Shown in pieces: positions 1-8,368 of a DNA stretch of 64,000 bases. The notes below the pieces were generated by a model. It was not told where the DNA came from, searched no databases, and saw nothing but the letters and a program-made list of their open reading frames with translations. Position 1 is the first letter of the stretch; every line of letters starts with the position of its first letter. The stretch spans positions 99,948 through 163,947 of IMG/VR virus record IMGVR_UViG_3300032236_001232. One strand, given 5' to 3'. The position numbers and the translations under genes are program-made. The stretch comes from a virus.

Positions 1-237
1 TGTTCTATCTTCGTGCAACTCGGACATCTCTACGGCCAATCTATCGCTTAACATCTTGTCGATCGCCTCAACCATAACAGTCTTATCGTGACTGTATTTT
101 TGTGCGAATTCTTCACGAAGTTCAGCGGTGACTTGGTCGCGATTCTCTTGTAATTTTTGGGCAAAGGCGGTTTCTAACTCAGATCTTACATCTTCATTAA
201 TTAACCCACTTTCGACCAATTGTTTGAATGCGTCCAT
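1..237 (-). CDS. Prohead core scaffold protein (T4 gp22-like), N-terminal part, runs off the window
   Basis: Hand-translated: MDAFKQLVESGLINEDVRSELETAFAQKLQENRDQVTAELREEFAQKY..., open to position 1. AGGAGA RBS upstream; Glu-rich helical; directly downstream of gp21 as in T4-like head operons. Confidence 0.7.
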   Translation of the reverse strand, partial: MDAFKQLVESGLINEDVRSELETAFAQKLQENRDQVTAELREEFAQKYSHDKTVMVEAIDKMLSDRLAVEMSELHEDRT

Positions 238-255
238 TTGCTTTTCTCCTCGGGC

Positions 256-885
256 TTATTTTAGACCTTTAATAATTTGAAGGAGACTTTCCTTCAAATA
301 TTTCTGGGCCTTTGGATCTTCTTTCGTTTCTTGTGCAACCTTAAATGCTTTGCTTCCTCCACGAGCATTCATTAAATGTTCGTAAACTGGAGTAGGATAA
401 GCACCGGGAGCACTGGGTTGGGCAACCACATCTACTGTGATAATCTCAAAATCGGATACATGGCCGTTCATGTCGTTGACATTGCCGCTACCACGAGAAC
501 TTACGCCAAGTTTTACACCGCTTTCAAGCATAGTACGAATTAAATTACCCATCGGCGTAGGAAGGATTTTCATCTTTCCATATCCATTGGGACCTTCCAT
601 CCACATATGAGTAATCATATGAGACACACGATCCAAATTCACTTTTAAATCATCGGGATGATCAACTTCGCCTAACACTGAATAACCATTTTGAATCTGA
701 TCATTCAGTGTTTTTACAGCACGTTCAATTTCATCCACTGGATAAACACGTTGGTTGGCATTGCGAATACCGCCTTGGATGGTAATACCTTTTAAGTAAA
801 GATTCTTACCATCCTTGTCGTCGCTTTCCAGAACAATGCCGCTCTGGTCGAAACTTAGATGCTCACGTAGATATGCCAACTTCAT
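256..885 (-). CDS. gp21: Prohead protease (T4 gp21-like)
   Basis: Motifs NANQRVYP, LGEVDHP, VSHMI, TPMG, GVSSRGSG, TVDVVAQPSAPGA. Confidence 0.95.
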   Translation of the reverse strand: MKLAYLREHLSFDQSGIVLESDDKDGKNLYLKGITIQGGIRNANQRVYPVDEIERAVKTLNDQIQNGYSVLGEVDHPDDLKVNLDRVSHMITHMWMEGPNGYGKMKILPTPMGNLIRTMLESGVKLGVSSRGSGNVNDMNGHVSDFEIITVDVVAQPSAPGAYPTPVYEHLMNARGGSKAFKVAQETKEDPKAQKYLKESLLQIIKGLK

Positions 886-896
886 CTGTTTCTCTA

Positions 897-1871
897 TTAG
901 GCGTTACGATTAGGAGCACCGTTCAGTGGGCTCTTAACATTACCAACACTGGTCTGACCAGCTTTGTCGCCTGTTCCGCTACCAACTGGACCTGGGGTCT
1001 TGTTGTTGCTAGGATATCCAGATCCCTGCTTGTTTAGAGCAGCACCATCTTTCATGCTGGCCTTAGAACTGCTGGCGATGTTTTTTTCAACACCTTTAGT
1101 AAACTGACCGCCACTCTTAACTAGACCGCCAACTTTACCGTGTGGTGATGTTCCGTCTTCGTCAGCAGTTGCACTCTTACCTAGGATGTTTTTAGCATCG
1201 GCACCAGTTGTAGGCTTGCCTTTACCGCTACTCACGACCGGCTTGGTATTAACACCACTAGGCATTTTCTCGCCTGTGTTAGCACCTGCTAGACCGCCTT
1301 CGGCAGCACCTTTCTTTTCAGCACCGTGTCCGTCACTAACGGCTTCACGATATTCACGTAAGCGGCGTCCTTCGAACATGCCCATTTCAAGCTCTTCGTC
1401 ATCTTCTTCGTCGCCAAACTCTTCGTCGCCCTCTTCATCACCGAACTCGTCGCCCATTTCTCCGCCCTGGGCTGCTTCTAATTCAGCAAAGGCTGCTTCT
1501 AGTTCTTCAATGGCGTTCTTGATATCAAACATGGCTTGATCTTCGTCACCTTCATCGTGGTCCATGTCGGCTTCGATGTCACTACCAAAATCATCAGTAG
1601 CATCGCCTTCTTCTCCGCCCATGTCGTCCTCAGCGTCCATTACGAAACTGTCTTCTAGTTCTTCGGAACCTTCATCCATTTCCTGCTCATCAGCAGACTC
1701 GTCCATTTCTTCGTCTTTTACAGACTCATCCATCTCATCATCCTCTTCGGCGATAAGATTTTCATAAATTGTTCTTGACTTCTCTACAACGATCTCATGG
1801 AAAAGTTCATTGGCTTTGTCCATCTCTTCGTTTACTAGATAGTCTAATAATTGTTCAAATTTCGTAGACAT
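897..1871 (-). CDS. Acidic prohead core/internal scaffold-like protein
   Basis: Probable start MSTKFEQ at 1871 with AGGAGA RBS. Very D/E-rich N-half and G/K/S-rich C-half; lies between portal and gp21 (T4 gp67/68 position); repeated MDE/LxE motifs. Confidence 0.6.
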   Translation of the reverse strand: MSTKFEQLLDYLVNEEMDKANELFHEIVVEKSRTIYENLIAEEDDEMDESVKDEEMDESADEQEMDEGSEELEDSFVMDAEDDMGGEEGDATDDFGSDIEADMDHDEGDEDQAMFDIKNAIEELEAAFAELEAAQGGEMGDEFGDEEGDEEFGDEEDDEELEMGMFEGRRLREYREAVSDGHGAEKKGAAEGGLAGANTGEKMPSGVNTKPVVSSGKGKPTTGADAKNILGKSATADEDGTSPHGKVGGLVKSGGQFTKGVEKNIASSSKASMKDGAALNKQGSGYPSNNKTPGPVGSGTGDKAGQTSVGNVKSPLNGAPNRNA

Positions 1872-1945
1872 ATTAAAAATTCTCCTATAGGTTAGCGGCA
1901 AGGCTATGTTATATTTAACACCGTTACAAATATGCTACACGAAAT

Positions 1946-2029
1946 AGGCCTAAAACGAGTCGTTTTGGCCTGAGATGGCAGAGTTTTACCTCTGGTTTGA
2001 CAAGTTTTTGTTAAAAAATTTAACAAAAA
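1946..2029. other. Cluster of intergenic inverted repeats (terminator/processing hairpins)
   Basis: AGGCC-T-AAAACGA-G-TCGTTTT-GGCCT (1946-1971), CAGAG..CTCTG, TTTTTGTTAAA..TTTAACAAAAA (2005-2029). Confidence 0.5.
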
Positions 2030-2045
2030 TTTATATCAGTAGTTA

Positions 2046-2288
2046 TTAAGGTGCTGCTTCCGCTGGAGGAGCGGCATACATCTTTCTAACTAATCCCAAT
2101 TCTTTCTTAACTTCTTTACTATGAGATTCCGCAGCTTTGCGTATATTGTTTATCATACGCAAAGTTAGTCTACTTTTTCGCAGATCGCCTTGCCGCAACA
2201 CTGTGGTATCATTCTGACTGAGGTATCTGCCATCGTCCTGCTGATCAGCATGATCTCGATCAAAATAAATGAATTCCCTTAGTATCAT
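2046..2288 (-). CDS. Small head-region protein (80 aa)
   Basis: Probable start MILREF at 2288, just downstream of an ATAAATA late-promoter motif; the longer ORF call overlaps the portal gene. Confidence 0.6.
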   Translation of the reverse strand: MILREFIYFDRDHADQQDDGRYLSQNDTTVLRQGDLRKSRLTLRMINNIRKAAESHSKEVKKELGLVRKMYAAPPAEAAP

Positions 2289-2301
2289 GTCAATATTTAT
2301 C

Positions 2302-4038
2302 TCAAGGTGGGGTAGTTGCCCCAGCCGCTGCTGGTGGTGTTGGAGCGCCACCCGGTGCGGCATTTTCTTCACCTACCGCTGATGGTTCTGCGGTATTGGC
2401 TCCTAAACTGCTTAAATCGCCTGCTACAGAATTAGCACTAACTCCAGCACTGCGCATTTCTGCACTAGCGCTGAGTTTGGTATCCTCGTCGATGTTTTCT
2501 TCTTTCCACATGCGTTCATTCTCTGCCACCTCCTCGGCCGTCATTCCTAAGAAACGTTTCATAGCAAATCGCTTGCTAACAAACGGAACAGCTACCATTA
2601 CATTAAATGTATTAACACGGGCTGTGTCCATTTCTGCTTGCCGGTAGCTAGCAAAGTTCTGCGGTGGATTAAACTTAACATCGAAAATATTGCTGTCAAT
2701 ATTAATACCTTTGTTCAGTAAGTAGCGTTTGAATTCAGTGTCAAATGCTTCATGCATAAGGCTTTGTAGACGCTTACAATATTCGTTGAATCTTAATTCT
2801 TGAATATATGCTGTCCCGACTCGGCCATCATTGAAGTTACTACCACCATCATCGGAACCAGTTGGTAGATAACTACTAGGTATACGGAGAGCTCTAAACA
2901 ACTTATTGGTAAAATATTTAAGGTCATCAATTTCTCCTAAATTCTGACCGCCTTGAAGAATTTCAACTTTACTACCACGACCTTCTGCTGTTTGTGGGAA
3001 GAAATAATCTTCATTAATGCTTAGAGGATTATATCCAGCATCTACAACAGTTTGACTACCTCCTGTAGTGCTAGGGATACGGCGTTGATTAACTTCATTT
3101 TTAACACGTTCAACAAAACTCATAGCCAAATGACTAGGCATGTTGCCCACATCAATATAAAACACACGACGCTCTGGAGCACGTTGAATGCGATAGATTA
3201 GAATACTGTCTTCTAGTAGTTCTTTCTGTTTGAACACTTTGAAGATGCTTTCCATTAGGCTATTACCAAAAGGATAGTTATTATCTAGCCCTTCACTCAT
3301 GCTGATGTGTATTACATGTTTGGCATCGATGGCGTATTGATTTTGATTCTGTTGGAACCTGCTGCTGTTTGTGCTGGTAGGAAAAGCACCAACCATGCCG
3401 CGTGAGCCGCCAGCGCCGCCCTGCCCTGTTCCGTAACTACCACCAAATTGATTGCCACCGCCATGCACATTGCTAGGATTAATAGCAGTAGTGGCCAGTG
3501 TTTCTAAGTTAGGGTTAAAGTCTCTAATGATATATTGTTCAGGTTTCTTACCTTCACTTTCATTTACAATAACTTTATCTACTTTGGCAGGATCAACATA
3601 CATCCAAGCCTGTGTTTCTGGATCTCTAACAAAGAAACTGTCGCCATATTTGAAAGCATTACGAACTATTTTAAATATTCTAGTATGGAACTTGTTTAGT
3701 TTAGTCCACTGCTGTAGATATTTTTTAATAATCTTAATTTCAGTGCTGGTAGCAGACTCTTTAAAGAATACTTGAAATGGTGTGCCATTTTCTTCGTTGG
3801 CCTGTGTGCAGAATTCTGCCAGGATATCTAGGGCAGCGTTGACTTCGCTGTCCCAGTCCATGGTGTCATATTGACCGTAACGTTCAAGACGATTAGGATG
3901 TCCTGAATAGACATCAGGTAAGTAGCTGGAATAGTTAGTCCTGCTAGGGTTTGTCGAACCACCTGAGCTCATTGAGCCGCTAACTGGACTTAGTCGTCCA
4001 CCGGTGTTAACGGGAGTAAAATACTTTTTCCATGCCAT
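2302..4038 (-). CDS. gp20: Portal vertex protein (T4 gp20-like)
   Basis: Motifs LLEDSILIYRIQRAPERRVFYIDVGNMP, EDYFFP, GRGSKVEILQGGQNLGEIDDLKYF, ALRIPSSYL, ELRF. Confidence 0.95.
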   Translation of the reverse strand: MAWKKYFTPVNTGGRLSPVSGSMSSGGSTNPSRTNYSSYLPDVYSGHPNRLERYGQYDTMDWDSEVNAALDILAEFCTQANEENGTPFQVFFKESATSTEIKIIKKYLQQWTKLNKFHTRIFKIVRNAFKYGDSFFVRDPETQAWMYVDPAKVDKVIVNESEGKKPEQYIIRDFNPNLETLATTAINPSNVHGGGNQFGGSYGTGQGGAGGSRGMVGAFPTSTNSSRFQQNQNQYAIDAKHVIHISMSEGLDNNYPFGNSLMESIFKVFKQKELLEDSILIYRIQRAPERRVFYIDVGNMPSHLAMSFVERVKNEVNQRRIPSTTGGSQTVVDAGYNPLSINEDYFFPQTAEGRGSKVEILQGGQNLGEIDDLKYFTNKLFRALRIPSSYLPTGSDDGGSNFNDGRVGTAYIQELRFNEYCKRLQSLMHEAFDTEFKRYLLNKGINIDSNIFDVKFNPPQNFASYRQAEMDTARVNTFNVMVAVPFVSKRFAMKRFLGMTAEEVAENERMWKEENIDEDTKLSASAEMRSAGVSANSVAGDLSSLGANTAEPSAVGEENAAPGGAPTPPAAAGATTPP

Positions 4039-4041
4039 ATA

Positions 4042-6108
4042 TTATGCCGCAAATAGGTTTCCGTTTAGGCCTCGGGTAGCAGTTAATGTGCGTTTACTAA
4101 CTTCTACCAGTTCTCGAACTGCCGATAGCATTTGACCATTAGTAGTATTTAACTGATTTATACTTTCTGCTAGCCCGTTCTGATTAGACACAGCAGACAT
4201 CATCGAAGTGAGATTGTCATTGCTAATAACATCGCCCCGAGCACCGAGATTTACTATTTCAGGACCACGTTCTCCAACTAGGTAAGATCCCGGAGTAGTT
4301 ACTCCACCCTTTTCTCTTTCCCCAGTTAATGGTGCTGCCGGTATCGCCGATTGCGACGGGGGTGAACTAAAAAATCTTTCATCGATTCCGTTTAAGATTT
4401 GTCTTACAATCCCTCCTGAATTTTCTGCACCACTAACAGCGCCGGGTGTTCCTTCACCAGCAGCACCTGGCTGATTCTCAAATAGTAAATTTGTCAGTGT
4501 TGGAATGGAATTCTTAATGTGGTCCATTACTCCATTCCACCCTGCTAACATATCTTTAAACAACTTTTCTTGAGCAGTTTTATCTCCGAGAGCAGCCGCT
4601 GTGGCAGTTTTTGCTAAGTCAAGAGCGTCGTTGACAAATTTTGTTATTTTTTCCCCAAGTTTGGTTGGATCCAACATGCCCTCTATTGCTGTCATTCCTC
4701 CTGCTTTATCAAACAACTGCTGTGTAAAAGATTCTATAGAAGTTATTATATCGGGTAATTTCTTAGCTAACGGTAATGCAATTTTATTGTTTAAAAACTC
4801 AGAAATACTGGTTCCTATTGTCAACGCACTTTTAAAAGTAGGTTCTAATGCTTTTAGAACCTTATTAGCATTGTCTATGGTTTGTTTTAACTGATCTGTT
4901 CCTATTGTTGCTTCTGTTTTTGATAGTTTCGAGCTGGCTACTAAACTATCTGTAATTTCTTTTATTTCTGCCGGGGTCTTGTTAGTTGTTGCAGTTAATG
5001 TTCTAACAATTTGCTCAATGGCTTTGCTAAGATCTGTGCCGCCTTGTAGTCCACCGGCGAGTAATACTGTCCTGATTTTATTAAAATCTTCTCGCACACC
5101 CGGAATCGAGTCTGCTAGAGATTTGCTAAATCTTCCTAGTGCATCCTCGTACTTAATGTTTCCATCTTTTGATATTGCTATTAATTCCTGCTGTCTTGCT
5201 ACACTGGCTTCTTGTGTAGCTGTAAACAATCTTGCCGCTTGAGTCATTGGTGGAAACCCAGCAGCCTGTGCTTTTAGTGCGTCTGCTCCTGCTTTACCGG
5301 TTACAGCAAGTTCTTGAGTCACTGCTGCTTGAAGTTTTTTAGCTTCTTCAGGATCGAGCGAAGCAAGATAATTTTGATATTGTGCTTCTGCCAGTTCCTC
5401 GGCAGCCTTTTCTGCCAATGCTTTTCTACTTTGACCTGTAAGATCGCTTAGGGCAGTTAATTGCACAGCATAATCAGCAGTAGCCTTTGCTATTTCTGTT
5501 TCACTCATCTGCCTGGCTTTGTTCATCGAACCTTGGCCACGCATAAACAATGCTGTCATCTCTGCTGCTTCTTGGAATCCAATACCAAGATTGGCCATCA
5601 TGTTGCTGGTCTCTGATCCCTTGGCCAGTAAAATGCCCTGTGTCCTAGCAAATGTTTCAGTTCCTGCTTGAACACCTCCACCAAAGGTAGTTAATATACT
5701 CGAGTTATCACCAACAACTTTTCCAAACTGATCAAGGCTAAGATAAGTTTTATTGGCAGTATCTCTCATGAGATCAAGTTTTCCGCCAAATGTCGCGCCA
5801 ACATTACTGAGAGTCTGCTGAGTTGCTATATTTTTTTCTAGTGTTGCTATAGCAGTGTTTAAAACAGAAGAAAAGGCTGCCCCTAGTGGCCCAAGTAAAC
5901 TGGCTACCTGCCCAACTGCTGCCCCCATATCCCCAAGACTTGCTGCCCCTGAAGCGGCCGATTTAGACATCGCAAATGATGAGGAAACAAACGTATTAAG
6001 TATATTAGAAATACCACTAGGGAGTTTATCAAGAGCAACCTTAGTCGCTATTGCAGCAGCTCCTAATCCTACTATTCCTGCTGTGGTAGTTGCTGCTTCA
6101 TCTGCCAT
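4042..6108 (-). CDS. Tape-measure-like protein (gp29 analogue)
   Basis: 688 aa, Ala/Gly/Leu-rich helical; C-terminal REKGG..PGSYLVGERGPEIV motif typical of tape-measure C-termini; adjacent to gp26-like gene. Confidence 0.65.
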   Translation of the reverse strand: MADEAATTTAGIVGLGAAAIATKVALDKLPSGISNILNTFVSSSFAMSKSAASGAASLGDMGAAVGQVASLLGPLGAAFSSVLNTAIATLEKNIATQQTLSNVGATFGGKLDLMRDTANKTYLSLDQFGKVVGDNSSILTTFGGGVQAGTETFARTQGILLAKGSETSNMMANLGIGFQEAAEMTALFMRGQGSMNKARQMSETEIAKATADYAVQLTALSDLTGQSRKALAEKAAEELAEAQYQNYLASLDPEEAKKLQAAVTQELAVTGKAGADALKAQAAGFPPMTQAARLFTATQEASVARQQELIAISKDGNIKYEDALGRFSKSLADSIPGVREDFNKIRTVLLAGGLQGGTDLSKAIEQIVRTLTATTNKTPAEIKEITDSLVASSKLSKTEATIGTDQLKQTIDNANKVLKALEPTFKSALTIGTSISEFLNNKIALPLAKKLPDIITSIESFTQQLFDKAGGMTAIEGMLDPTKLGEKITKFVNDALDLAKTATAAALGDKTAQEKLFKDMLAGWNGVMDHIKNSIPTLTNLLFENQPGAAGEGTPGAVSGAENSGGIVRQILNGIDERFFSSPPSQSAIPAAPLTGEREKGGVTTPGSYLVGERGPEIVNLGARGDVISNDNLTSMMSAVSNQNGLAESINQLNTTNGQMLSAVRELVEVSKRTLTATRGLNGNLFAA

Positions 6109-6132
6109 TTAGTTTTTCCAATAAAGTGCTCA

Positions 6133-6162
6133 TATAAATAATCTAGTTAATATGTATTTATT
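6133..6162. promoter_or_regulatory. Overlapping divergent late promoters
   Basis: TATAAATA on + at 6133-6140 (towards gp26) and AATAAATA on - at 6155-6162 (towards tape measure); matches T4 gp55 late consensus. Confidence 0.7.
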
Positions 6163-6173
6163 GGAGATAAGAT

Positions 6174-7046
6174 ATGACGATTCAGGCAAAAGTAAACCCA
6201 TTACTCGGCTATATGAGACAGCCGAAGATCTATGTTCGATTACCAAGTAATGGATTCTTTTGGGAAGAGGGCAGTATTGATGTGCCCGAAAACAACGAAT
6301 TTCCAGTATATTCGATGACAGCCAAGGATGAATTAACATTCAAGACTCCGGACGCCCTAATGAATGGGCAAGCGGTAGTTGATGTTATTCAAAGTTGTAT
6401 GCCTAACATAAAAGATGCATGGAAATGTCCCGGGATAGATGTTGACCTTATTCTAATCGCAATTAGAATCGCTACATACGGCGGGACCATGACCATCTCA
6501 CATCAGGTTCCCGGGACTGATGAAACCGTTGACCACAGTATCGACCTTACTGCTGTAATGGATCAGATATTATCTACAACAAATTGGAATGAAACCGTAG
6601 AAATTAGTCCAGATATTACATGTGGTGTTAAGCCGTTAACATATAGGCAAATGACCGATGTAGGTATTAGGACGTTTGAATCACAAAAGACCATGCAGTC
6701 CGTTGCTAATTCCGATTTATCAGATGAACAAAAATTAGAATTTTTTAATCAAGGACTATCAAAGCTAACTGATCTTACAGTAGAAATGATTGCGGCCAGT
6801 ATATTTTATGTAAAGACACCCAATAGTTTTGTTGAAAATCGACAATTTATTCAAGAATTTATTCAAAATGCTGACGCAGTGTTAACGCAAAAGATTCAAG
6901 ACCTTATAACTGAAAACAAAAAGACAGTGGGTATTCTTCCAATAACAGTGCATTCTACCGAAGAGCAGATTCTTGCTGGTGCTCCTGTATCTTATGAATT
7001 ACCTATCACAATGGATAATTCCAATTTTTTCGTTCAAGGCTCTTAA
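6174..7046 (+). CDS. gp26: Baseplate hub assembly protein (T4 gp26-like)
   Basis: LPSNG, PVYSMTAKDE, ALMNG, D-D-ILIAIRIATYG motifs; ends in NFF. Confidence 0.8.
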   Translation: MTIQAKVNPLLGYMRQPKIYVRLPSNGFFWEEGSIDVPENNEFPVYSMTAKDELTFKTPDALMNGQAVVDVIQSCMPNIKDAWKCPGIDVDLILIAIRIATYGGTMTISHQVPGTDETVDHSIDLTAVMDQILSTTNWNETVEISPDITCGVKPLTYRQMTDVGIRTFESQKTMQSVANSDLSDEQKLEFFNQGLSKLTDLTVEMIAASIFYVKTPNSFVENRQFIQEFIQNADAVLTQKIQDLITENKKTVGILPITVHSTEEQILAGAPVSYELPITMDNSNFFVQGS

Positions 7047-7261
7047 CATTATCTAATGATGAGATTATCAAATTAGTTGAGAGCCATGAAAAAGAATCAA
7101 AGGTATTAAAGAAAGAATTATTTAAACTGTGTTGGTATATGAGAGGATCTATTACCATAGAGCAAGCCTTTCAATTAGATTACGAAAGTAGAGAAATTAT
7201 TAGTAGTATTATTAGTGAGAACTTAGAAACAACAAAGGAAAGCGGACTTCCTTTCTTTTAA
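7025..7261 (+). CDS. gp51-like hub assembly ORF in -1 frame of gp26, probably reached by programmed frameshift
   Basis: Frame FFRSRLLTLSNDEIIKLVESHEKESKVLKKELFKLCWYMRGSITIEQAFQLDYESREIISSIISENLETTKESGLPFF*. No ATG before about 7139; T TTT TTC heptamer at 7025-7031. Confidence 0.65.
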   Translation, partial: FFRSRLLTLSNDEIIKLVESHEKESKVLKKELFKLCWYMRGSITIEQAFQLDYESREIISSIISENLETTKESGLPFF

Positions 7262-7264
7262 TAC

Positions 7265-7711
7265 TGAGAAGTGAACTGCGTTCACTTGATATTTCGCGCG
7301 AAGCGCTCATATCATATGGTCTTCTTCGAAGAAGATATTAATATTATCCAGATTCATTGGTCACACTTCGCCCGCACAGGGCGAAGAATATTGAACATTA
7401 TCCGAGTTCTTATGTTCACTTAGTGTTAGAGCGTTACAGAGGCGGTCATCCGGTACCTCGAGCTCCGTCTTCGATATGACGGCAGCATAACAATATACAC
7501 TAACATATTGGTATGCCCAGGGTTTTTCTCCCTTCTTTTAGCCTATTTTAATATTTTCTAACAATCAAACAGCAGGTCTTGGCTGTCTACATCCTTGCGG
7601 GTAGTGATTGAGAACTCTTAGCGGCAAGAGATTTCCGTCCCTGTGATACGATTGTCCAGGTTTAGGGCACTTGAAGTTGGCCAGTGCAAGCCTTAATACC
7701 GCGTGATATGC
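7265..7711 (-). ncRNA. Putative large structured non-coding RNA of unknown family
   Basis: About 450 nt with no ORF in the track, more than 10 stem-loops, a 3-way junction with a GCAA tetraloop and a 7-bp loop-to-distal pseudoknot. G-U pairs favour the minus strand; begins right after the stop of the GIY-YIG gene. Confidence 0.6.
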
Positions 7712-8137
7712 CTATTTTTTTCTTATATGACTACCGTGAATACGGCAGTTTATGATGCCATTGTAATAATCGTCTGATTCCAATACTTTGCGTTCAAACT
7801 GTTCTCGGGCCTCGATGTAACTGGTTTCTGCCTTGCTGCCACAATAATAAAGTATTTCTCTTGTGAAATTTTCTTTGCCTAGTTTAGATATGTCTTCATG
7901 GAGATTAGGACTGCTACCCCAATATTCTCTCCAATCGCTGTCTATTTTACTTTTAATTCGTTTTTTCTTTTTAGTGCCGTTTTTTAATGTAACTGTTTTA
8001 TATGTAGTTTTGCTGAATTTACTTAATTTTTTGCCTATGTATTTTCTGCCGGTGACAGTGTTGGTTATGATATAAACATAACCAACACAATCCTCGGGCA
8101 GTTCATCAATAACTGTACCTTGATAGGTCCAGGTCAT
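7712..8137 (-). CDS. Minimal GIY-YIG-family nuclease (141 aa)
   Basis: GYVYIITN..GRKYIGKK, Y.GSS, F.REIL, E..EQ and YYN motifs; Lys-rich insertion; no C-terminal DNA-binding domain. Confidence 0.75.
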   Translation of the reverse strand: MTWTYQGTVIDELPEDCVGYVYIITNTVTGRKYIGKKLSKFSKTTYKTVTLKNGTKKKKRIKSKIDSDWREYWGSSPNLHEDISKLGKENFTREILYYCGSKAETSYIEAREQFERKVLESDDYYNGIINCRIHGSHIRKK

Positions 8138-8140
8138 TGA

Positions 8141-8368
8141 TTATTTTTTAGCTGCTTTTACTGGTGCTGCTTTCGCTGCGTCTTTTTCTGCCTTGCGAGC
8201 ATTCTTTTCAGCAGTGATTTCGTTGCGACGAGCCTTCACTAGTTTGCTGATATCGGCCAATGCTTTGCGAGCACGAGTTCCGGCAGCAGCGTTACCACTG
8301 GTGAATTTAGCATCTTCTTTGAGAAACTCATCAAATGCTGCTTGTAGATTTTCAACTGTCGATTCCAT
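8141..8368 (-). CDS. Histone H1-like protein (Hc1 family)
   Basis: KF..GNAAAGTRARKAL..I.KL.K..R.EI signature with Ala/Lys-rich tail. Confidence 0.75.
   Translation of the reverse strand: MESTVENLQAAFDEFLKEDAKFTSGNAAAGTRARKALADISKLVKARRNEITAEKNARKAEKDAAKAAPVKAAKK

Noticed and set aside
1186-1767. Ser-rich plus-strand ORFs
   Set aside because: Antisense reading of Asp/Glu codons in the acidic core gene.
6130-6339. 69-aa minus-strand ORF
   Set aside because: Antisense to gp26 and covers the divergent promoter region.
7265-7711. Group I intron, tmRNA, RNase P RNA or tRNA cluster as identity of the structured region
   Set aside because: No interrupted host gene (flanking genes converge). I could not find a group I P7 core, tmRNA tRNA-like ends, the RNase P GAGGAAAGUCC motif or T-loop GTTCRA cloverleaves by eye. 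Not excluded without a covariance-model search.
7265-7711. CRISPR or mini-array
   Set aside because: No regularly spaced direct repeats; only a 7-nt duplicate. No cas genes in the window.
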